From positions 1-31,402 of IMG/VR virus record IMGVR_UViG_3300049182_000045: DNA of 31,402 nt; one strand, given 5' to 3'. The translations under genes were made by a program, and so were the position numbers. The stretch comes from a virus (Duplodnaviria > Caudoviricetes). Under the pieces are notes generated by a model that had not been told where the DNA came from, ran no database searches, and saw nothing but the letters and a program-made list of their open reading frames with translations. Shown in pieces: positions 16,975 to 22,852 of the stretch. The first letter of the stretch is position 1, and the number at the start of each line of letters is the position of its first letter.

Positions 16975-19110
16975 ATGAGCAAGATCAAGATCGAGATCAG
17001 CCAAGAGAACGCAGATGGCGCATACCCGCCTCCGTTTCTGTCGTTCCTTGTCAATTCCGCAGGGGTGGTGCTGCCTCCTGCACCTCCTGCGCCTGCACCT
17101 GAGCCGCCTCCACCTGCGCCGGCCCCAGAGCCTCCCCCTCCGGCACCACCGCCCCCGGCTCCTGCTCCGGAACCACCTCCGCCCGCTCCAGCACCAGAAC
17201 CGCCCCCACCGGCACCAGCGCCTGAGCCTCCTCCGCCTCCCCCGCCCAGCGCGATCGCTGGTGACATCGTGGACGCCTCGGGTGCCATCGTGCAGTCCGC
17301 CTACGTCGAAGCTGCGAAGGACTTCACCGGCCCTCTGGCGATGATGATTCGCTACGGCACAGCCTCTCTGGTGAACGATGGCCCGGAACTGACCGAAGCG
17401 CCCGTCATCGGAACGATCACCAGCGGCTACGGTGGTGGGTCGATGCAATACCAGTTCGGCGGCCCTGAGAGTTTGGAAAACAATGACTACGTGACCAACC
17501 AAGGCGCGGGTCTCGTTGCAGGTGAAACCCTGCTCGAATCGGTCGTCCGCCTGACCACGATGGTCAAGGATCGGAGCTGCATCTCGCTCAAGCCCCAGGT
17601 CTTCTGGCAGGATGGGCAAGACCCGGTGCCGTCTCAACTCCGCGACTACATCGCTTCTGGCGTGCTGTCGAACACGGACAAAGCCGTCTATGCCGTCCGC
17701 AAGTCAGGCCCTGGTGACAGTGGCGTAACCCGTCAATCCATCGTTGCGACCCAAGGCACGGAAACGGAAGGCCCGGTGATCTTCACCATCGGCACCGCAA
17801 CTGCTCCGGGGAAATGCAGCGTCCGCCTCAAGCCTGGCGTTTCCATCACCTCCATGGACGTGAGCGACAACGGCGAGTTTGCCTATGCAACCCTGTGGAA
17901 CTTCCTGGAGTTCAAGGGCGAGGTTGCTGTGATCGCTCTCGCTTCCTGCCGGCCGGGTCGCCTGTGGACCGATACCCCTCCGTTTGAGGAATGGTGGAAC
18001 GACTGGGACCGTCCGCATCCTGGCCTGTTCAACCAAGGCAACATCGGCTTCATGAAGGTGGTGGGATACGTCCAACTGCCCGACATGAAGGCGCCGAGCT
18101 GCTGCCGCGTGGTCACTGGTGTTGACGGGCATACGCAAGTCGTCGCCCAAGGGTCCGACCCGGGCGGTGTGGCCGAGCTGTCGTCTCCGCTGCAGGACAA
18201 CCGCGCGAAGCTCTTGCCCGGTGGGATCTATTACGAGAAGTACGCCAAGGGTGGGCTACTCATCGTCGGCTCGTACTCTGAGCAGAAGCTGTGCTGGATC
18301 GACCTCGCTCCGATGGTCAGCTACTTCAATGGGATGTACCTCGACAGCGACGCGAACAACGTGCAGACCCGCACGCTTGGGATGGGTGCCAATCAGTGGC
18401 CCTTCGTCCTCGCCTCTGCCAACCTCCCGCAAGTCGTGAAGACCGAACCCACAGGGAAGGTGCGCGCGATCGTCTCGACGGTCAGCTACGGATACTGGAA
18501 CAAGGACGACCAGCGACGCGAGCCGGGAACCCCGTATTGGATGTCAAGCCCCAACGCTCCGCGCGTGTGGGTCGTCACCAAGGACGGAACCGCATCGATC
18601 TACGCTGTAGGCCGGTGGGTGCCTGGTGTGAAGCCGGCAGACCAGACGCCTCAAGTCAGCGAGATCCAGAAGATCAGCGAGGAGACCGGCCTCGGTTCCA
18701 ACATCACCCACGCTGGAAACGTGAAGGACTATCCGATCGACATGCAGGGCATCCCGTGGGACTCGGCCGACGCCTTGCCCCATTCGATGAACCACATGCT
18801 GATGATCTCGGATCGTGGAGGCCGCGCGGTCAAGATCTATCAGTTCTCGCTCCTCAACAACGCAGCCTTTGAGCGCTACACCCTGCGCGACAAGGACATG
18901 GACCCGATGTGGTCAGAGATGGCTGATTCCTACGACCAGAGAACAGGCGGGATCACCGTTGCCGATGGACAAGGATGGTTCAAGAGCTATCGTGTGCTGG
19001 GCTTCAGCTATCGAGGGACCACCTACCCAGTGCCTGCGATTGGTCAGCGGTGCGGCAAGTTCGCGGTGAACGGCCCGGCGCTTGCCTATTCGATGGGGAA
19101 TGTCCCCTAA
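16975..19110 (+). CDS. Large orphan protein with a Pro-rich linker and beta-rich C-terminal domain (711 aa)
   Basis: AAGGA RBS; long ORF with phage-like codon usage; PAPAPEPPP repeats. Confidence 0.8.
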   Translation: MSKIKIEISQENADGAYPPPFLSFLVNSAGVVLPPAPPAPAPEPPPPAPAPEPPPPAPPPPAPAPEPPPPAPAPEPPPPAPAPEPPPPPPPSAIAGDIVDASGAIVQSAYVEAAKDFTGPLAMMIRYGTASLVNDGPELTEAPVIGTITSGYGGGSMQYQFGGPESLENNDYVTNQGAGLVAGETLLESVVRLTTMVKDRSCISLKPQVFWQDGQDPVPSQLRDYIASGVLSNTDKAVYAVRKSGPGDSGVTRQSIVATQGTETEGPVIFTIGTATAPGKCSVRLKPGVSITSMDVSDNGEFAYATLWNFLEFKGEVAVIALASCRPGRLWTDTPPFEEWWNDWDRPHPGLFNQGNIGFMKVVGYVQLPDMKAPSCCRVVTGVDGHTQVVAQGSDPGGVAELSSPLQDNRAKLLPGGIYYEKYAKGGLLIVGSYSEQKLCWIDLAPMVSYFNGMYLDSDANNVQTRTLGMGANQWPFVLASANLPQVVKTEPTGKVRAIVSTVSYGYWNKDDQRREPGTPYWMSSPNAPRVWVVTKDGTASIYAVGRWVPGVKPADQTPQVSEIQKISEETGLGSNITHAGNVKDYPIDMQGIPWDSADALPHSMNHMLMISDRGGRAVKIYQFSLLNNAAFERYTLRDKDMDPMWSEMADSYDQRTGGITVADGQGWFKSYRVLGFSYRGTTYPVPAIGQRCGKFAVNGPALAYSMGNVP
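17074..17247 (+). repeat. Pro-rich coding repeat, ~5 x PAPAPEPPP
   Basis: Repeat units are near-identical in protein but synonymously diverged in DNA. Confidence 0.9.
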
Positions 19111-19148
19111 GGGCGCTATCCCTCCGGAGAGGTTCAAGCGCTAGGGGT

Positions 19149-19437
19149 GGGTTGATGGTGGCCGGTGCTGATCTCCGGCTTCGACTCTCTCGTACTGTTT
19201 CAGCGGGCCTAGTGGGTCGTAGCGCCGCAATATGCGCATCCCCCGGTGATCAATCCGGTGCGTCTGCGTATGCCACCATCAAGGGGGCGGACTGTGCATT
19301 CGGCATATCCTCCGGCTCTGGATGCCTCCTCGGCCGGCCTCTCCCGTTAGGGTCTCGCCGCAATCCGCCTTCTTGATGGCCCTTCAACCCTGGTGCGCAT
19401 CGGCTAGGAACCCCCGGCCGTCCAGAAGAAGAAGGAC
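19149..19437 (-). ncRNA. Candidate structured ncRNA containing a tRNA-like domain
   Basis: Nested long inverted repeats, a T-arm-like GCCGG-AGATCAGCA-CCGGC, no credible ORF, and an upstream TGGACG-N18-GATAAT. Confidence 0.5.
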
Positions 19438-19443
19438 GCTCCC

Positions 19444-19473
19444 ATTATCGACTTAGACGGCCTTATACGTCCA
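19444..19473 (-). promoter_or_regulatory. Putative sigma70 promoter for the ncRNA region
   Basis: -35 TGGACG (19473-19468), 18-bp spacer, -10 GATAAT (19449-19444). Confidence 0.4.
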
Positions 19474-19798
19474 TAGATGTTGATAGCTTCCCTTGCTCTG
19501 AGCGGGCACGGATAGCAGCGGCAGCGTGCTCTAGGGCTGCGTTGTAGGCGTGCGTCTCATTGTCATCTGCCTCGCCATAGGCTTTGCTCAGGATGGCGGA
19601 AATACAAGCCTCGCGATCTTGCTCGATGGCATCGCGGATCTGTTCGGCGGTGAATAGGGGGATGCTGTAGAGGCTGCGGCATCGGTCTCGCCGGCCAGCA
19701 TTCGGGCCTCCGTTCGGGATCAGCGCCAACTCGGTTTCGGTTATCGCGCGCATCCAGTCGGACGCGGCGTGCGCCACGGGTTGAGGTAGGCTATCCAT
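19463..19798 (-). CDS. Phage hypothetical protein
   Basis: GAGGAG RBS; 'EQDREAC...AAAIRAR' motif common in small phage early proteins. Confidence 0.65.
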   Translation of the reverse strand: MDSLPQPVAHAASDWMRAITETELALIPNGGPNAGRRDRCRSLYSIPLFTAEQIRDAIEQDREACISAILSKAYGEADDNETHAYNAALEHAAAAIRARSEQGKLSTSMDV

Positions 19799-20087
19799 GG
19801 GCTTCTCCTCGGGCTCGGATAGCAGCGGCAATCTCAACGCCGAGCCTGCGAACCTGCGTGATGTTGTCGAAGGTCGCGGCTATGGCCTCGCGCTCCTGCT
19901 CGATTGCTTGGCGGGCAAAGGCTTTGAGTTGATCGGCGGTGAAGTCGAGATCCTGCGCGAAACCCATGTAGCCGCACAGGCACAGCGGGTGCTCATCCTT
20001 CAGCGTCTCAGGCACGCATTCATGGCCGTGGCACTTGGTGCAGAAGAAGCCTCGTTGGCGCTCTGGAAGCGGTGGCAGGTTATCCAT
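19791..20087 (-). CDS. Phage hypothetical protein with Cys pairs
   Basis: AGGAG RBS; CxxC/CxC; ends 'EQEREAIA...AAAIRAR'. Confidence 0.65.
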   Translation of the reverse strand: MDNLPPLPERQRGFFCTKCHGHECVPETLKDEHPLCLCGYMGFAQDLDFTADQLKAFARQAIEQEREAIAATFDNITQVRRLGVEIAAAIRARGEAHG

Positions 20088-20217
20088 GTGGCTTCTCCTG
20101 AGAAAGGGATGCGGCAGCACGGACCCGGCAGAAAGTGATCGGCACGTTTTTGCTGCAAGGCATCGGGTAGCCACAGGGGCAGCGCTCGATAGGCTTCTCG
20201 GGTGCTTTGGCGGTCAT
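20080..20217 (-). CDS. Small Cys-containing hypothetical protein (45 aa)
   Basis: ATGA-coupled to the upstream gene; fills the gap in a coupled operon. Confidence 0.45.
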   Translation of the reverse strand: MTAKAPEKPIERCPCGYPMPCSKNVPITFCRVRAAASLSQEKPHG

Positions 20218-20417
20218 CCTTCAGTCTCCAGAGGAGGGGGAGGGAGGGGCATCCAGTGGGTGGGCATCGCTCTCGGCCACGCATCACCAAAACCGTGATA
20301 CCACTCAACGCTGTTCCACTCACATTCGTAGTGCCACGGCTTACCGTACAACTCATCTAAAACCAAAATGGTCGTCCCATCCTTCGGCGCTGTGGAAATC
20401 GGTAGCCATTCGTTCAT
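20214..20417 (-). CDS. DUF551-like phage protein
   Basis: 'WLPISTAPKDGT.IL...PTHWMPLPPPP' signature. Confidence 0.85.
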   Translation of the reverse strand: MNEWLPISTAPKDGTTILVLDELYGKPWHYECEWNSVEWYHGFGDAWPRAMPTHWMPLPPPPLETEG

Positions 20418-20626
20418 TTCGGTTCCTTTCTGGAGGGCTCCCCTGGGGGCTCCCCGGTGGCGCAAACCAGCGCGTTCAAGTCGGCCCAGTACAGGCTGAT
20501 CACATCGCCGTTCTTGTCCCCGATGTTGTAGAGCACCGTGGGATCGAGGCCGCGCATCTCTGCATAGCGGTCCAAGAAGGCGCGCACCCGCTGGCGGGCA
20601 GATTCGATGAATTCGTCTTGGGTCAT
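20414..20626 (-). CDS. Phage hypothetical protein
   Basis: AAGGA RBS; ATGA couplings at both ends. Confidence 0.6.
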   Translation of the reverse strand: MTQDEFIESARQRVRAFLDRYAEMRGLDPTVLYNIGDKNGDVISLYWADLNALVCATGEPPGEPSRKEPK

Positions 20627-20685
20627 TTCGATTCCTTCTTCAGGTAGGCGTCGATAGCTCGGCGGATGTGCTCGGCGTACTTCAT
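20623..20685 (-). pseudogene. Mini-ORF MKYAEHIRRAIDAYLKKESK resembling the second helix of a ribbon-helix-helix protein
   Basis: 'AEHIRRAIDAYL' matches the CopG/Arc-type helix B pattern; ATGA-coupled on both sides. Confidence 0.4.
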
Positions 20686-20864
20686 GATTTCTCCGGGTCC
20701 TTGGCCCGCAGCTTCTTCGCCCGAGCCGTCACGAACTCACGGATAGCCGGCGCTCCCACAAGCTTGGCGTCCGCCCACTGGGCATCTGTCATGCGGATCG
20801 GGCGCGACTTCATCAGCTCGCCGTCCTTGCTGAGGGGCTTGCGGCCTTGGCCTCGGTCATTCAT
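20682..20864 (-). CDS. Small DNA-binding regulator (RHH-like)
   Basis: 'RGQGRKP....MKSRPIRMTDAQW......G...IRE' pattern. Confidence 0.65.
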   Translation of the reverse strand: MNDRGQGRKPLSKDGELMKSRPIRMTDAQWADAKLVGAPAIREFVTARAKKLRAKDPEKS

Positions 20865-20988
20865 CGGTCTGGTCATCCTCCGATTGTTGCGCCGCCTCGG
20901 CCTGGTACTCCGCGCGCTCTTCGTCGCAGTGCTGGCAGCGAGCGAAATAGGTCCAGTCGTGGTACTCGCAATGCTTGGGCTCGATCAT
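20857..20988 (-). CDS. Small acidic Cys/His protein (43 aa)
   Basis: CxxH...CxxC; ATGA-coupled; below the ORF track cutoff. Confidence 0.5.
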   Translation of the reverse strand: MIEPKHCEYHDWTYFARCQHCDEERAEYQAEAAQQSEDDQTDE

Positions 20989-21146
20989 GCGGCGCTACCA
21001 AAGCGCTCGGTAGCGATGCGCTTGGCTTCCTCCATCGACATGCAGGAGCAGTGGTAGGCGCCGCGCACGTAGATGTGGAAGTTCGAGCGGCCCACGTCTG
21101 CGGTTTGGTGGATGGCGACGGTCTTGGAAACTTGGTGCTTGGTCAT
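20985..21146 (-). CDS. Hypothetical protein (53 aa), first gene after the promoter
   Basis: MTKHQVSKTVAIHQTADVGRSNFHIYVRGAYHCSC...; GAAAGAG upstream. Confidence 0.55.
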   Translation of the reverse strand: MTKHQVSKTVAIHQTADVGRSNFHIYVRGAYHCSCMSMEEAKRIATERFGSAA

Positions 21147-21172
21147 GGTGCTCTTTCGGTTGGTGTGTGATT

Positions 21173-21220
21173 AATGTATATGCGCAATCAGGCGTTGTCT
21201 AGCCCGTTTACGCATATGCG
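21173..21220 (-). promoter_or_regulatory. Sigma70 promoter with operator-like palindromes
   Basis: -35 TAGACA (21201-21196), 17-bp spacer, -10 TACATT (21178-21173); perfect palindrome CGCATATGCG at 21211-21220 and related TGTATATGCG over the -10. Confidence 0.65.
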
Positions 21221-21349
21221 CTATCAATCCGACGAACGGTAGTTTTCTTTGGAATGACTCGGAAGCGGTCCCAATGACAACAGGCAGCGAAACCCGCCGT
21301 CCTTGGAACGCCGGGAATGGTCGAAACCCGCATGGCGCCTCGATCCATC

Positions 21350-21401
21350 TACCGGCCTGTCACGCCGGGGGTCGCGGGTTCGAGTCCCGTCCACTCCGCC
21401 A
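21350..21401 (+). mobile_element. attP core: 3' part of tRNA-Asp(GTC), not a complete tRNA
   Basis: Anticodon arm CCGGC-CTGTCAC-GCCGG, T-arm GCGGG-TTCGAGT-CCCGT and CCA end are present; 5' acceptor strand and D-arm are absent; integrase gene nearby. Confidence 0.9.
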
Positions 21402-21436
21402 GTTTCATTGGGTTTGTTGCTATCATTTTTGATGGA

Positions 21437-22078
21437 TCAAATTCCAAAATCGCTAGTTTGGAATACGGTGTGCTTCGCTGCAAGCGCCCTGGCGATCGGC
21501 AAGAACGCCTCCAGACCCCAAGAGTTCAACGCGAAATTGACTGCCACGCAGACGATTCGCACGTTGTCCTTGGCATAGGTTCCCCGACTATCGATCCGGT
21601 CCAAGGACGGCCCATACGGGCCTTTGAGGCCGGTAATCGTCAGCATCAGGGGAACCCCGCTGACCTCGCACAAACCGGCGCAACGATCGACGATGGCGCG
21701 GTAATCGGAAGGGCCGAGCGTCCAAATGATCTTGCGTTGCGTGGCTCTGCGCTTGCTGGTGCGGTAGAGCCGCGTCGCCCAAGCCGGCACGCCGCCATTC
21801 ATCCGGGTCGCGTCTGCATCCACCCTCCCGAATGACTCCGACCAGTTCACCGCATCGGGCGCACCCGTGGGCGGCTTCCAGTGCTTGTGCAACTTGAAGG
21901 CGTCGATCGCCGCTTGGCGCGCTGTGGCGATCTGATCCTCGGCAGCCGTGGCCGGTATTGTTCGGACGATGAACGTCGATCCGTCTGGCGCCTTCACCCA
22001 CCATGCCACCGTGCGGCGGTTGACGCGCTCGTACAGGCGGTCGGGTAGGTTATGCGGGTTGTTGGTGCGAATCTTCAT
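21437..22078 (-). CDS. HNH/His-Me-finger-like endonuclease with an integrase-like N-terminal domain
   Basis: 'GLCEVSGVPL...PSLDRIDSRGTYAKDNVRIVCVAVN' motif; N-terminus aligns with that of the integrase. Confidence 0.7.
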   Translation of the reverse strand: MKIRTNNPHNLPDRLYERVNRRTVAWWVKAPDGSTFIVRTIPATAAEDQIATARQAAIDAFKLHKHWKPPTGAPDAVNWSESFGRVDADATRMNGGVPAWATRLYRTSKRRATQRKIIWTLGPSDYRAIVDRCAGLCEVSGVPLMLTITGLKGPYGPSLDRIDSRGTYAKDNVRIVCVAVNFALNSWGLEAFLPIARALAAKHTVFQTSDFGI

Positions 22079-22847
22079 TTTTCGATTGTCGCCACGCATC
22101 TGATTCGTAGACTTTGGAATATGAACCAGAGGTCATGGCGCGGAATGCTGCTGCCGCCACTCGAGGAATCTGTCCATTGCCAGAGGCCTTAAGTCGGTCC
22201 ACCCCGAAGGCCACAGCATCATCCACTCGGCGGATTCTGGATGCAGCCTCCCTCGCCCTACGTTGACCCAGAGCCAGTCCGTCATGGTCATGCCAGAGCT
22301 CAGATCTCGGCCCTTCGCTGTGCCGTTGCGCGCTCCCTTCCCATCGGACGCCGTGAGCGTAGGCAACAAGCCAGAGCCTTTCCCTGGCTTGTGGCGCACC
22401 GTAGGCGCTTGCTGGCAGACAAGCCCATCTAGCATCAAACCCCATTCCGGCAAGGTCACCAAGGACCACGGCAAGTCCTCGTCGAACAAGCAGCGGTGAG
22501 TTTTCCACGTAGACGAATTTCGGTCGTACCTCGTCGATGATTCTTGCCATTTCTCTCCAGAGGCCGGAGCGGGCGCCGTCAATGCCTGCGCCGTTCCCTG
22601 CACTGCTGATGTCTTGACACGGGAAGCCTCCCGAAACAACGTCAACAATTCCTCGCCACGCTTTGCCGTCAAAACTTCGCACGTCAGACCAAATCGGGAA
22701 TGGTCGGAGGGCTCCATCGTTTTGTCGTTGCGCCAGAACTTGTGCTGCGTAGGCATCACGTTCAACTGCGCAGACGGTTTGCCATCCGAGCAGGTGCCCG
22801 CCGAGTATTCCGCCACCAGCGCCCGCGAAAAGAGCCAACTCATTCAT
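22050..22847 (-). CDS. DNA cytosine-C5 methyltransferase, alpha subunit (motifs I-VIII and X)
   Basis: LFAGAGG (I), GGFPCQDIS (IV), ENS (VI), QARERLW (VIII), RLKASGNGQ (X). Confidence 0.9.
   Translation of the reverse strand: MNELALFAGAGGGILGGHLLGWQTVCAVERDAYAAQVLAQRQNDGALRPFPIWSDVRSFDGKAWRGIVDVVSGGFPCQDISSAGNGAGIDGARSGLWREMARIIDEVRPKFVYVENSPLLVRRGLAVVLGDLAGMGFDARWACLPASAYGAPQARERLWLVAYAHGVRWEGSAQRHSEGPRSELWHDHDGLALGQRRAREAASRIRRVDDAVAFGVDRLKASGNGQIPRVAAAAFRAMTSGSYSKVYESDAWRQSKNEDSHQQPA
22133..22843 (-). CDS. Alternative-frame C5 methyltransferase beta subunit (TRD and motif IX); true start uncertain
   Basis: Nested stop-free 236-codon frame carrying 'LPTLTASD' and 'RLHPESAEWMMLWPSGWT', which the alpha frame lacks. 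Confidence 0.7.
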   Translation of the reverse strand: MSWLFSRALVAEYSAGTCSDGKPSAQLNVMPTQHKFWRNDKTMEPSDHSRFGLTCEVLTAKRGEELLTLFREASRVKTSAVQGTAQALTAPAPASGEKWQESSTRYDRNSSTWKTHRCLFDEDLPWSLVTLPEWGLMLDGLVCQQAPTVRHKPGKGSGLLPTLTASDGKGARNGTAKGRDLSSGMTMTDWLWVNVGRGRLHPESAEWMMLWPSGWTDLRPLAMDRFLEWRQQHSAP

Positions 22848-22852
22848 ACCCT

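Noticed and set aside
16767-17288. Gly-rich antisense ORF (GAGAGGGGS repeats)
   Set aside because: It is the reverse complement of the polyproline repeat
19300-19360. HDV-like/theta ribozyme suggested by CCTCCTCG next to a tRNA-like element
   Set aside because: I could not build the nested double pseudoknot or find the catalytic J4/2 strand by eye; a descriptor search would be needed
18975-19376. 133-aa ORF across the structured intergenic region
   Set aside because: It overlaps the large gene out of frame, has no clear RBS and has atypical composition; the inverted repeats explain the region better
21330-21401. Complete tRNA-Asp gene
   Set aside because: The upstream sequence cannot form the D-arm or the 5' acceptor strand; only the 3' part is present, as expected for an att core
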